A stretch of DNA of 64,000 bases from positions 124,001-188,000 of the forward strand of contig JAYWIR010000073.1 of the NCBI GenBank assembly GCA_036172245.1, given 5' to 3'. Each line of letters begins with the position of its first letter. Within the stretch, counting starts at the first letter, position 1. Positions 12,606 to 25,720 of this stretch are shown one piece after another. The notes beneath the pieces were generated by a model, which saw only the letters and a program-made list of their open reading frames with translations, did not search any database and had not been told where the DNA came from. The stretch is from Raillietiella orientalis (taxonomy: Eukaryota). A program made the position numbers and the translations under genes.

Positions 12606-15295
12606 TCAGTATTCATCTTGAAATGGAAAGTCAGGGTGCCCAGCGCAACTGCAAATTCAGAAAGTAATCCAAAGAGATGACACTGTCGTCCTTACAAGGA
12701 CCATGCTATGTATCGCTTGTTCCGATCCAGGCCGTTCAGAGCTGCCTTATCCTCTGCATCGAGCTCAAAATCAAAGATTGCAAAGTTCTCCTCAATGCGG
12801 TGTTTTGTGGAAGACTTGGGGATGGCAGCGATACCTCTTTCCACCTGTGACCACAAAGCAGTGAAGTTTTTCATTGCAGTGTGGACTTGCCAGAAACCGA
12901 AGCAGAATCTGAGCTGGTGTTTTCTTGTGTTTCTGGGCAATCGAAGTTACAGTTTCATTCCGAAGGACGTGGTCTTGATCCTCCACATGCTCTGGTTTTC
13001 CTGGACTTCCCAGTGGGGAGTATGCTGTCAACAGAATATTCTTGGACTGGCAGTACTCCTGCAGCTTGAACTGTGCCAAGTATGGGTGACACTCCACCTA
13101 CGACACATGGGTCCTCCTCACTTGGGATTGTATCTAGTTCTCACCTGATTCACGACAGGCTTCACGGTGCAAATGCTGAGGATGCGCTCTACTTGCCGCT
13201 TGTTGAAATTTGACACACCCAGTGAGCGCACCAATCCTTTCTGAGCACATTTTTCCAAGGCCTTCCATGTGTCCACATAATCGACATCACTACAAAGCAC
13301 TTGACCAGAACTGTCTTTAGGAACAAGGTCAGTTCCTTCCTAATCAACCTTTAAAGCAGCCTTCGTTTGTTAGCATACCTTGAAGCCCATAGGCCAGTGA
13401 ATAAGATATAAATCAAGATAATCTACTTTCAGATTATGTAGAGACTTTTCCAGTGCTGGGAGTACCAACTCTGGACGATGGAATGTGTTCCACAATTTGC
13501 TGGTGATGAAAAGATCATTTCTCTTGATGGTGCCATCCTTTATTTTTTCCTGTATAGCATCTCCAATTTCAGCTTCATTTTCATAGAAATAGGCACAGTC
13601 AATATGCCTATAGCCAACAGAGATGGCATGCTTGACGGCATCTTTCACATTGACAGTCTGAAATGGAAACCTTATTCAGGGCTTGCAATACCACATCAAG
13701 TACACTTGCTGCATGCATGGAATGAATCTGACATGCATCAGATTGGTCTGAATGGAACAGGTGACTTGGGTCAAAGCAGTGAAAAACAAGAAGTGATGAT
13801 CGGTAGTTATAAAGAACAATTTCCTTCGGGATAAAAATACATGCTGACTGTTTCCATTCCAACAGAAAACAACAGTTTCCTGTTGATCTGAAAACTATCG
13901 CATTTTTGTGTGTCCATCAAGGAAGAAATCATGTGATTTCTACAATGGAAATCTTTCCTTGCACTGAATAATATTATTCCTACTAGCAAACTCTTTCCAA
14001 GCTTGTTGAAACTCGAACATTTGTTGGCTACATCTTCAAATTAAGTGACAACAAGGTCATTGGTCTAAAGATGGCAAAATGTATCCCAAGAAAGAAGCTC
14101 ATTTACTGAAGAGTATTGTCAGCACCTTCACAGATCAATAGGATATGAAGTATGCCCTCAGTTGGATTCCATGTGCTTTCCATCTTGCTTTCCTGATTTC
14201 CTGATCACTGCAAAGTTAGCACTCCATTCACTATCTTGTAACATTTGTCTTTCCTTATCATGGTCTTACAAGTTTTTGACTTTGTCCTGTTTGAACACAG
14301 CATCCTTTCGATCTTGTGTTTGCTGATTTGTTCACTCTGTTTTTTCTTGCTGGTTTTTCTTGCAGTGAAGTGCTCCTTTCAGAACTCGGGCATTTTTTTT
14401 TTTGAAATTTCCAGGTGTATTTCATTTTTGCAGACCAATCTCTACCAATCTCTGTATTGGTTTGCACTCACCTTAATGCATTCAAGCCTAGGATTTCCTT
14501 TCAAGACTAAAGCGATTTTGACCTGCACTATGAAGTTGTGTGCTCTGTATGTGCACATGGCTGGTAACATAGTAACTGGCAACAGGAATCAACTGTGAAT
14601 CAACTGTTGGTGAGTTAACACAGAAACTCCCTAAATGAGCTGATGGAATGAATACACAAAACATTGGAACGATATTTTTCTCCCATCTGATTATCCATGA
14701 TTGTTCCCTAGTCGATCCAGCTTGTCATTTGATCACATGTTTCACATTTTCAACTTTTGCTCCCAGTTGTTAACCATAACTGGATCCCATACTTGCCTTG
14801 AAAAAATCTGGGCAAGGCTGTTACGAAACTTGGTTGGTCTTTATACGGGAACTTTGAAACTTTCATACTTGGTTCACATATTTGCAAATGACACTAGGAA
14901 CCTTGCTTCGGTAGAAGTAGACCAGTTATTCTCAACTTTTACAAAGAAACATTCTCATGCTGTTGCGTCCTTGCTTCACCTAAGGAGACAACGGCACAAG
15001 AAAGGCTGCTAGGATGCTGAGATGCACCCTGACTACACGTGCACGATAAGAATGATGGCTGCAGTGAACGCGCCGAAGACCACGAACCGCACCTCCGCCT
15101 TTGTGTCACATGTGCCCTGAAGAATTCATTGATTAGCAAAACATCAACGTGGTAAGCTCATCGCTGGGCTAAAGCGGAGTCATCGTTGTGCTTTGTAATA
15201 GCCAACGGCACAAAATTTACCTGATACGTGCCAATGCCGACGCTCGGCATCACATGGCCATCATTGAGATGGAGGCGAGCAACGGCCTTGGACAT
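12606..15295 (-). CDS. Aldo-keto reductase family 1 (aldose reductase-like), 6 exons, 315 aa
   Basis: Exons 15295-15221 ([25 protein letters not shown]), 13657-13379, 13339-13145, 13097-12891, 12844-12696, 12648-12606 total 948 nt in frame. Motifs: [21 protein letters not shown] (D/Y/K/H tetrad), GVSNF, NQVECHPY, AYSPLG, IPKS and C-terminal [10 protein letters not shown]. Intron 4 has a GC donor. Confidence 0.95.
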
Positions 15296-16789
15296 GGTCA
15301 ACCGTGTGTGCAGCAACTCTAACGGCTACGTAGAGATGGGAACCGAGACTCCAACAAGATAAGAAAGCACGTTATTTGCGTCGCTTTGCACTGGGAATCT
15401 TTCAACAAACGTTACTCACAGATCGAATTCGAACTCCGTTTCATGGCAATAAAAAAGCCCTAGTCAGTGGTACCACTGATGAACGGATCGAACAGCCAAA
15501 CCACCCACAGGGCTGCTTAGAGTGCGTCCAAAAAGCTCCAAAAGCTTCTTCGAAAAATTCGGTGGGAAGTCAAATTTCAGGGAAAATTCTGTTTTTGGTT
15601 TTTCCATTTGCCCAAGGACCCAGAGCGAGCCGACTTGTACTACTACGACTGAACGAGGAGGAATCCACCGGACACACCTAGGACTTCCACTTGCACGACA
15701 GATGGGGACTCAAACCAAGGAAATCATCGAATTCGAAATCCAGAATATTGCACCATCCCAAATATGTAATGTAACTTCCAATTTCAGGGTGAGTGCCCGA
15801 AATCCATAGTGCTCAATTTGCACATACAAAACAACATAAGCATTTAATTGAATTCGGTTTGAAATAGACGCAAAATATATCGATGACTCGTTATTTAATG
15901 AAGTATTTGTATACAACACTTTGCAAGTAACATAAAATTTAACGCAACATCTTTGAAAAAGAGATCAAGACTTTTATTTTCAGAGTACGACACCGGTATA
16001 AAATAGGAGAAACATATAAATATTCTATAGCACAGTAGGAATCATTGAAGACAGAATGGAAATGCGATTTGTCAAATTCTCAGATCATTAAGGAAAGAAG
16101 AGGAAATTAAATCGAATGAGGTTGATTTAAATTTTTAATGAGTGTAGTCACACACAAAATGCAATGAAAATTGTATAACAAGAAGCAGGGGCTCCAAGAT
16201 TCTTTAAACATAGACCAAAAGTTCGCCCACTTTCCCAATTCAGTTGATAAATGGAAATATTTCTGATTGTATTTTATAAAAAATCAGGTGCACTGAAACA
16301 GTGATTCCTTAATTTGCACCAACTTTTCCTTGCAATTTAGAAATTATTTGGCGGCCTGAATGCTCACAGAAGGCCAAATGCTGTCTACTGCATTTATTTC
16401 TGTCTACACTAAAATGCTGGTGTCTATTTCATATAAAAAACTTTCTCGTTGCAGATATATAGGAAATTCGTAATTTCATTGCAATAGAAGAACACCAACA
16501 TTAATTCTAATTTTAAAAAGCAACTGCCGACACACAGTGGGCACGTATTATGATGCTGAAGCTATTTATTTAGCTTTCCAATCTGTGAAGTTTAAAACGA
16601 CAATAAAACTTGTATTTGGAGTACTATGGTTTAATTCTTGCACTATGTGCAATTTTATAAAATTTACAGGTTTTTACCTATACAAGCTGAAACGCTCGGT
16701 CAGCGTTCAAGACATCTCCCAACATAAAATTTTGACATAAAGAGTAGAATAACTAGCTACTACGGGTTTCCTTTGCCTTTTTTTCCTGC

Positions 16790-17866
16790 CTGGCGAATTT
16801 CACGATGGTGCAGGAAACCTCCCACTTCACCGGTAGGCTGATGTCATCTGTTGCTCTGAGGGCGGACAGCGCTGCGGCGAGGGACTTGGCGGTCAGGGTT
16901 TAAAACTTCACCGCGTCCTGCATTAGCTCTCCTAGCAGTCGTGGTGGCAGATGTCGCAAGGGGCAAAGATATTAAGGGCACATTCTCTGGAACATGACCC
17001 AGGACTAAAGAGCCTCCTGCCGCCAAGCGTTAAGGTTTATTAGGAGGCAGCAGATCCACGAGTGACTTCCAGAAGTGAGGCGAGTTGCCTCAAGGAGAAG
17101 CTGAATCTCCGCATCAAGTAGTGGGTGTCGGGAACCAGAGAGAGCAGTACCTCTCTGCCGGCGCATCGCCGTAGGATGATGCGTGCAGGTGCCCACATCG
17201 GGGATGTCCACAGCTTGGCACACAGTACCGGAACTGCACTTGCAGCCCGATTCGCTCCAGCGGCCGGATGCCTAAGCCGGCATCCCGACGCGGAGCCGCC
17301 ACGTCCTTGAGGAGGATCCTGGACGTTGCAACTCCCCAGAGAGCGTTCCTTTGCAGGCATCGAGTCCGCTGCTCCTTTTCGTAGGGAAAGCGCAAGCAAA
17401 ATACGGGGGGAAGAGGAAGGGAGCCATATAAGTGTTCCAGATTACAGACCATTTAGGTAAGCCCTCTGCTTCGCCTCGTAAGTGAGCGCACAAACAAAAA
17501 GCAGGTGGCAGAGGAGAGGGACCACAAAGATGCTTCGAATCACAGACCGTTCCGGCAAGACGAACTTGCCGTGGAGGAACAGGCTGAGAACTAAGTCAGC
17601 CTTCTGAAGGCAGTTCGACCACCCTTCGGCAGCGCCGAAGACACCTCAACGGAACACATGGTACTTAAAGTACTTGTCCGTGAGAATCCCCAGGCGGATC
17701 CAGTCGGACTGCCCCTCCCACTTCACACCCGCACCTTTTTTTGTTGACTCCCGCTTCCCGACGAATCAGCTCGAAGAAATCCTCGGGGCTGGAAGTCGGG
17801 GTGGACTTGGGCAACAGGAGAAGCAGGTCGTCGGCATAAGCGATTACGGCCGGCGTTCCCGGGCTG
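16790..17866 (-). mobile_element. L1/Tx1-type LINE family B fragment (RT YADD through post-RT region)
   Basis: VIAYADDLLLL at ~17840, FKY, then RNALWG..RI.LKD.AAPRRDAGLGI, homologous to the 387-aa ORF at 34172-35335. Frameshifted. Confidence 0.8.
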
Positions 17867-17899
17867 GACTTTGTGATGTGGAATTTTTGTGAAGAATGA

Positions 17900-18560
17900 G
17901 GGGATCATGCCAGGAACAATGTTTCGAGGGGGATGGAACGGAGGATGGAGAAAGATGTTGTTTGTCTGTATTTTCATTTTTTTTTTGGTAATGCTGAATA
18001 GTGTGGGAGTGGATACGAGATGTACATTTGGAATTGCAAGGATCATTCTCAATACGAGAGTGATGTGAAGGTCCTCAAGAGTTGATTCTTTTTTCGCTTT
18101 CTGCATTTTTCAATAACGATTCCTATTTTCCCCAAGTTCCACAAGGGGTGGAGTAAATTTATTTTTCATATTTTGTCATTCACACTACAATCTCATTCAT
18201 TCATGTCACCATAACATTTCACATGACCTTTTTTAATAACGATTCCTATGGTGCCATTTCTGATATGGAGGGAGTACCAGAGAACACGGTTACTTATATA
18301 GATATTCATTGATGTCGCCTTTTGGTATTTAGTTTTCATGGTTACTATAACGACTTCAAAAAAAAGATAATTCCGATAAAGGTGAGGAAAGGGTTAAGGA
18401 TGGAAACCATAAAGTTGGCAAGAGAGTTTCTTTGTAAAATTACCAATGCATGGAGTTCTTTTCCAAATTCCTAAGGCTCACATGGTCTGTTTCTTATGGT
18501 TCCGTGATAATTCTTCGGGTCTTACGATAAAATAAGGTGGTTGTATAATAGATATATGGA
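17900..18560 (-). mobile_element. Possible highly decayed APE endonuclease fragment of an AT-rich LINE
   Basis: Weak motifs in plausible order: RIIT, LVILQ, and IGIVI(K/E)K twice. Confidence 0.25.
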
Positions 18561-18891
18561 GTTACAAGATTTGCTTGAAGTGGATGAGGATGGTAGGTGG
18601 TGTCTTTAGAGGATTGATTTGTTTCCGGAAATTGGGTCAAAATGTAACTCCTGCTTATTCCCCGATTTTCCATATGAGAGTAATCATAGCTGGAAGAGTA
18701 ATGGAACGAAAAATGGTGTTAAGGTGTTGTGTTAAGAGTAGCTCCCGGTTATGCACAGTCCGGTTTATTTTCTCTTAGAAGGCTGACGTAGGAGTGATTA
18801 GGAAGGAGATCAATATATTTGAGGAGTGGGACAAGATGGGATCTCGGAGATTTGGGAGATTAACCACGGTTTCGTGTTTTATGCAACACTA

Positions 18892-21120
18892 CCACATCGC
18901 GTCAAGTGGGATGAAGAAGGCGAGAAGGGATCACTTTGGTTGCGGACTCCCTGAATTGCAGTCCAAGGTCGCAGTGAAGGTGGACCATTGGTTGCAGAAG
19001 TCCATGCCCTCACTGGAAAATGAGCCAAACAGGGAGTCAACCCTACCGACCCTGCCCCCTAAGGACCTCTCATTCGATCGAGGAGAGAAGTGGAGCAGTG
19101 CTTCGCAAGAGTGCAGAGAAAAAGTGCAGTCGGTCTTGTGGCCTCAGCGCAGTCTGCTCGAACCCTGACGTCACAGCAGGCAGCAGACTCCGTTCTCGAG
19201 GAGGAAATCATCCTGCGCCATCGGAAATCGCTTCAAAGGGCATCTTTGCATACCTTAAGACCGCCAGCAGCAGAGCGACTGTGTGGATCCGTGCTGATCA
19301 CCTGTGCTGCGCTGAAGGAAGCCCCACTGGAGCAACCCGGGATGGACAGAGCGTTTGCCCGCGCCTCTGTCGCGTTCGAAGGATTGCCCGAAGAGAGGGC
19401 ACGGCTTGAGGTCGTCCTCGGGGCAAAGAGCGGGGCTTAAAGCGTGCCAGTAGTCGATGAAAGGCTATCGGCCAGCCAAGACGTCACTGCCTGCACAGAT
19501 CCCGGCGAAATCGTTTCCACGCACGGTGGGCAATTCGAGAGCCTCATTTCCGGGTGATTTCGGTTCGTTTCGCGAGAAACTTGAGACCGCTTGCATGGGA
19601 AGTGCAGAGAATCGCTCGACGCGCTGACATTCGGAGCAGCCCAAACCTATAAATGTTGCAACCAGAACCTGGATACGCTTTCGATCAGCGAACTTGTACT
19701 CATCAGGAGGTGGTGGTGTGCAGCATTGGTGAGGGACCCACAAGTAGCTGATCTTCATCTGGAGCGAGTTTCCTTTTTTTGCGCTGCTGGAGTGAGGTGT
19801 CTGAGCGGACTTACGAGAGCAGGAGCTTTTCATTGCATTTCCAATGTCCTCGCCCGTTTAGGTGACCGAATTGTCATTTGAGGGCATCCCAGCTGACCCT
19901 GCCATCTTGGCTTGCCGTTGTTGCCAAACCTCCTGCCGGTGCCGTAAGTCCCATTCGCTCCTTCTCGAGCTTCCTGTTCGTCTCTTTCCAGCTTTACTCA
20001 GCTCCGCGTGGAAGTGACCACTACCGACCACCATGTTCAAACAGAGTATGGCTTCGCTCCTTCTTGTACTGCTTGTTCTTGAGCTCCGTAAGTGCGGCGG
20101 TGGCAGGGCTTCCGACTGAGGCAAAGAGGGGAGCGCAAAGCGTACCAGTGGTGCAGACGAAGGCTTTGGGAAGCTGTGCGAACGATCCTGGCGTGTCGAT
20201 CGCCAGGATGGGAACATCCGCGTTGGTGGGGGCGCATTCCCCCGTCGCGGTGCGAAGGCACGTCGCGGCAAGCCAGCCGCTTTCGGTTTCAGTGTGCGAT
20301 GAAAGCGGAAGCGGCTCACCTGCAGCTGCTAAGAGCTAATGGGAGCTACTTTAAGTGGACGATTCCTGACATGGTTGAATGAAATGAAAAACTGCGAATT
20401 TTCCAGTGATGTTGGCTAAGCGGACTCATTGCCAGGACGAAGATTCTCTAGAAGATACAAGCTACAAAGCCGATCATGTTCCTGCTGGTCCTGCTGACGA
20501 TGGAGAGTAAGGAAGAGGGGGAAAACACACCATTTAAGAAGCCTTTTGTCCGGTGCATGGTCAGCGCGCTGCGCAGTTCCGCGTGCCCTCCTGGAGCGGT
20601 TGCAACGCGGCGCTCCAGGAGGTTGGCGTTTCTCTGTCGCAGAGCATGGTCGCGCATCCCACGCCAAACGCTGCAAGCGCATCCGGCAGGTGGAGCTTCT
20701 TCGATTTGGACTTCCCCCTCGAGCGGCGAGCCTCTGCTCTCCCGAGAAGGACTTGTTCATCCCGATGCTGGGAACGGGAAGCGCACCGTGCGATCGGGCT
20801 GCCAATGTCTCAACGCTGCGTGGCAGAGGCTAGCAGTGTTCTCTGCCGGGACCTCGTTTCTCCTCAACCACCTTGGTGCTCGATCCGCATCAACGTTCCG
20901 TTTTCAGGGAAGAACCAGTGACGGGGGATGAGCTGAAGAACAGTGGAGATGAGTCGGAGCGCATTCGATGCAAAAGAAACTCCGATTGTTTTTGGCCCAT
21001 GAAATGCAAAGATGGCCATTGTAAGTTTTTCAAAAGTGAAGATCGACTACGCTGACTCCAGAACAAGCACCACTGCGATTCTGCAGGAATAGTTGAATAA
21101 AATCAAAGAGTTGAGAACTT
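18892..21120 (+). mobile_element. LINE family D copy 2 (5'-truncated, with an internal deletion)
   Basis: Direct DNA homology to 4907-7335, with blocks about 95% identical. It lacks roughly 6550-6835 of copy 1 and ends at the homologous AATAAA. Confidence 0.75.
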
Positions 21121-22269
21121 CTCTGACTTTCGTTTGTAGGAGACAGCAGAAAAGCGTTGGAAACTGGAACGCAGGAACCGATCAACAAAGCTTTGATAAC
21201 CGATTGCGTTGCTACCCTTGCAAGTAAACCAAACTCCTGTGAGAGTAACCAGCATTGGGGAACTCTCTTTCGACAAAATGGTGCATTCCTCTCTGCGCCT
21301 CCTCGAGCAGCTGTCGAGCTGGACTGCAATCACTCCGGGTGTTGCACTTTCACCGTCCAGTGCGCCAGAATGGCTCCGGGAGCAGACTAAGCATCTTCCA
21401 ATCCTCTTCCATCTCTCTACTTTGCTTCACAGACGCAGACTTCAGACTCTTTCTTTCCTAAAGAAGGTGGTCAGCGACGTGTCAGGCACTGCAGACGGGC
21501 ATGCCTGAAATCCAAAAAAGCACCATCCGATTGGAGAAGGCGTCCCATGGAAGCGTCATGTCACGTCACGCCGAAATGTCGCAGCATCGCGAAGCGTCGA
21601 GCTCTGAAATTCCTCTTCCAGAGATGAAGTGGCGATCGAAAGTTGAATAGCATCTTCTGTGCGCTTCTACGTTCGAAAATATCTCTGCACTGAGAGATAT
21701 GCTAAATTACCCTGCTCCCTGACCAGAGTCCGCTTCTCCCTCGGCTGGACCGTCCGCCCACGATCCTCAAAGGTCGCTCCTTCTGAGCTCCGTCGACTTG
21801 GGCTTATAATCGCCCACGTAGTTTTCCACTGCAAATGAAGAGCTATCGACCGAAGCAGCAAAGGTGCAACTTCTTGGTCGAAGTTTCCGGGATGGAAGGC
21901 AACGTCGATCAACTCGCAATAGGCGGTGAAGAAGGCTGTCACCCTGCCTAATTCCTCGGCACACCGCACATGTGGCGACTAATATTTACTATGAGAGAAG
22001 AAATAGTTATTAACACGACGTACTATAGCAGGTACAAGTGCTGCAGCATTAGGATAAAATTCCAAGGCTCTCCAAGAGCATCAGAAGATGCTTCGACCTT
22101 ACACAGACGAGTGCTTTTGGCGGATTCACAGCAATCGCAAGAGCACCCTGTCCCTCCGTCTGGCTACGAGTATTCTTCCTCAAGCTCTTCCGAAAGATCT
22201 TTTTCCTAAGAGTTTCTTACTCACATCACGAAAGGGGGACAAAGGGATCGCGATAGCACATGAATTGTC

Positions 22270-23440
22270 CCTTCTAGTGCGTTATCCATTTCGGGGGGTA
22301 ACACGGCCACAGAAAAAGACGGCTGGAAGCCCGGCGACAAAAGCGGGCAAAAGCGGCGGCGCGCCGCCGAAAAACACGCCACAGCCAGCCGCAGCCTCCC
22401 CAACGCAAGTTTTTCTCCTTTCCGACTTGCGGAGGGGAGAATTCATTTACCTTAACACTTTGACAATGGCTTCTCACTTTCAGTATTCACTCTTTTTCTC
22501 ACTTTTCTGACTGTTCTAGAATCCTTTGCAAGATATGACAGTACATCCAAGTTGCAATCCCTCTACAGCTTCTGATTCCATTTTTTCTTTCTAGGAGTCC
22601 TATCAATATTTCCATAGCAGACACCTGGCTCATTCCTGTCCGTATTTTGGCCCTCATCACGATGCTCTTGATAAAGAGGGCGATGGTAGTGCGGACCATC
22701 ATGATGTATGTGGAACGTTGACGTCCCCTTCGAGCACCCCAGCGAGAATTTCCATCTTGCGCAACGACTGCAAGTCTATCACCTGCTTTAGACTAGACCA
22801 GTCTTGGCGCAGAGACGGGCAGGTGAGTACGTGAAGTTGAGTTTCTCTGGTTCCACAGGCATTGCACTTCTCCTCCTGCAGATTTCCGGTCCAGTGTTTG
22901 GTCCTAGTGCCGCTCAGGATGCCACCGTGATAAAACATCAGCAGCTCATTCTGAGTGCCGGATGGTAAGTCGCTCGACCAGACCGTGGTTCCAACCGCCA
23001 GCGGTTCCACTTGGCGGCATTCGCATCGGTTGGCGGCCGCAGACACAAAGTCGTCGTCGTCTGGTTCCTTCATTCTTGCTTCTCGAATGTTTTTCCTGGT
23101 TATCAGGCGCCAGCAGCTGGATTCCTGATTGGTCCAAACCTCTCCATATTTGTAGGTGAATCTTCCCACTATCTCCTTAGATAGCCGATACACCAGCATT
23201 TTTTAGCAATTACCACTTAATACGAACTGCTCGCAGTCCTTTATGGTGATCCTTGACTTCTCGAATGTCCACTTCCTGGTGTCCGAAGGGACGTGCAAAA
23301 TCCACGGGATAATCCTAACTAGCTCGCTTTAACAAATTTCTTTAATTCTAAGCACTATTTTGAGGTGATGGGTGTTCACCAGTGCCTGTTTCCGTATCCA
23401 AGTGGGGTCAATGTTTCTCCACTGACCTTGTTTGCCAATT
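22270..23440 (-). mobile_element. L1/Tx1-type LINE family C, 3' fragment
   Basis: ORF 22699-23199 contains the CNACGTRETQLHVLTC zinc finger and is homologous to 63185-63712 (VGR.T.KY.E.WT.QESSCWRLITR). Confidence 0.75.
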
Positions 23441-23494
23441 AGGGCGGACAACAGGCCTCTCGAATTGTTGACCAACTGAGAATAGGCTCCTTCT

Positions 23495-24625
23495 CACTCG
23501 AGTGCGCCGGAGCGTTTATTGCTAAACTATCCAGGAACAGGATTCCCGGACAAAGGACACAGAGGAAACGAAGGGGGGGATCCCCGACACGCAGATCGGA
23601 ACACCGAAAGTCCGGAACGGGAGGCAGGGGACCACAAATACACATATAAAAAAGAGAAATAAAGATATGGGCAGGGTAGGGGACAAGGATCCTTGGTTTG
23701 GCCGTTCCTTTCCTTCAAAACCGGCTATGGATGCCGGTAATCTCGCTCCTAACGTCCCCTGGAAGATAGGCCCACTCGGCAGCCAACGTCTCGCTGGCTA
23801 TTCCGGTGGTCTGTCGACGAATCGCCTGCTTCTCCAGCTCTCGGTGAACCTTGTCGATGGCGCGGGTGCAACAGACTGTTGCGATGACAGCACCTAGAGA
23901 CAGGCCACCTGGCGTGAAGAAGCGGCGCATCAAGTCTCTTGCGGTGTCCCCTTGGTGCAGGAGACCTGATGCCAGCCTCCGCCACAGTCCTTGGAGGGCA
24001 GAGCAGGTGCGGGAGCGTTTCCACTTCCCCGCACCGTTTACGGTTCGGGCAGACAACTCCCCTGGAAACACGGTTCGTCCGCTGGCTGGAGTGAAAACCC
24101 CAATGCACCAGCATCATGACTTCCTGCATCCAAGAAAGGGGGAAGACAGAAGTGTTCAAACAGGAGGAAGGGACCACCAGTTCTTCGCGGGGCACACTCA
24201 AATGTTCGCTCCACCGAAGGAGTCCCTTCGCGATGTTGCGAGGCGTGGCGGCGTCTGCCAGCTCTCAAGTCCTCCAGCCGCCTATGGGGTCGGGCTGCTC
24301 CTGCGATGGTGCAGTCGACCTCCTACTTCGCCGGTAGGCAGCTGTCATCAGCTTGCCCTGAGGGCTGACAGAGCGTCGGCGAGGGGCGTGACGGCAAGGC
24401 GAGTCCACTTCTCCTGGCTGTTCCAGACCTCATCCACCGTACAGTACGGAGAGAGGTTGGCGCAACGGAGTTCCAAGAGGGTAACATCCTGTTGCTTCGC
24501 ACAGGCATGCAACGACTCCTGCCGCCAGGCGTCGAAATTCGTTGGGCGGCAGGAGATCCATGCGTGGGCTACCAGGAGCAGGGAAAGAGGTTTCAAAGGG
24601 AAACCGAAGCTTCTCGTGGGGCGCA
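23495..24625 (-). mobile_element. LINE family B 3' end (inside left inverted-repeat arm; mirrored at ~39100-40230, plus)
   Basis: FGFPLKPLSLLL..HAWISCRPTNFDAWRQE and C..CGEVETLPHLL, homologous to 34172-35335. Ends in AATAAA plus stem-loop. Confidence 0.85.
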
Positions 24626-25720
24626 CTCCTCCGCATGGCCGGAGGAGACCGCTGGCACGTGGGCGAAGATTAATGAGAGGAACCACGAGACGTGGAACTG
24701 CCTGCGAGTCGGCATCTACGCCCGCCGCACTCTGCGTGAAATTCTTGAATTTCCAGCGAGTTGCACGTGGGCGGAAGGGACACCCCTTGCTACGGCGATG
24801 CCCTTCCTCCAGAGGGCGCTTCACAACAGCCGGAAGCCGAGGTGGCAAGTGTACTGCCGTATCGCAGGCAGAGAGAAGATGATGAGCGGCTGGACCATGG
24901 GAGAGGTGACAGACGCTACGACCCCTAGTGCCCAGCCGAGTGGATTAAAAAGACGGGGCGAGCTGCTCGGCATCCGGTCGGATGACCTAAAGTGGCCCCC
25001 GGTTCTAATTGGATCCAGGATTGTTCCCTTGAAGTGGCAAGAGTCGGCGATTCTGTGGCTGCATTGGGGTCTACCCTGCAACGCGCGCCGCTTCCACTGG
25101 ACGCGGGGAAGAGTATATCCTGCGTGTGCCAGGTGTGGGGAGCGGGAGTCCCTCCCCCACCTCCTAGTTGACTGCCCTGTCCCTCCGGATTCTTTGGGAT
25201 CGTCTTGGAACGACCCTCGGGATACCGGTTGGTGGCAACCCAAGAGACGTTTACAGTCTTCTCTTCGTGCGGGACGCCCTCAGTCCAGCCGCAGCCTTGG
25301 CAGCACTTTGCTGCATCCGTGGTATTATGGCGGCCTGGAGTGATGCCGAAGATGAAGATTGCAACGTGACGGACGTCCTCCAGTATGCTGTTCGCTTCCT
25401 GCAGAGAGCTACCCGATGGCCCCAGCTGGGAAGAATGAAGAAGGACCTCGAGGGCATCCTGCAAAGGATAGGCCCTCCCCGTACTGGAATGTGATCCCTT
25501 CCCGCCCCTCCAAACTCTTTTTGTTTTGTTTTTTCTCAATTTTATTTTATTTTTGTTTTCTCCCTCATCCCCTTCCACTGCCGAGGAGAGTCACACCGGG
25601 CTGCGTCCCGGTGTCCCGGCAGGTCCGCTATTGCGTGGCCGTTAGTAAGGCCTTCTACCACGTTCTGTACTGACCGATGAAGAGTTTTTTTAATAAACGT
25701 CCCGGTGTACCCGGGTGGTA
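24626..25720 (+). mobile_element. LINE family A 3' end nested antisense in family B (mirrored at ~38005-39099, minus)
   Basis: LHWGLPCNARRFHW..CARCGERESLPHLLVDC zinc finger, followed by a T-rich and structured 3' UTR and AATAAA plus stem-loop. Confidence 0.85.

Noticed and set aside
13658..15220. Possible nested gene in aldo-keto reductase intron 1
   Set aside because: Only short ORFs with no recognisable protein similarity or consistent exon chain.
19670..19710. Minus-strand CTGATGA...GAAA hammerhead-like core
   Set aside because: Stem II cannot pair and no flanking stems are evident. Other CTGATGA sites I checked lack a correctly placed GAAA.
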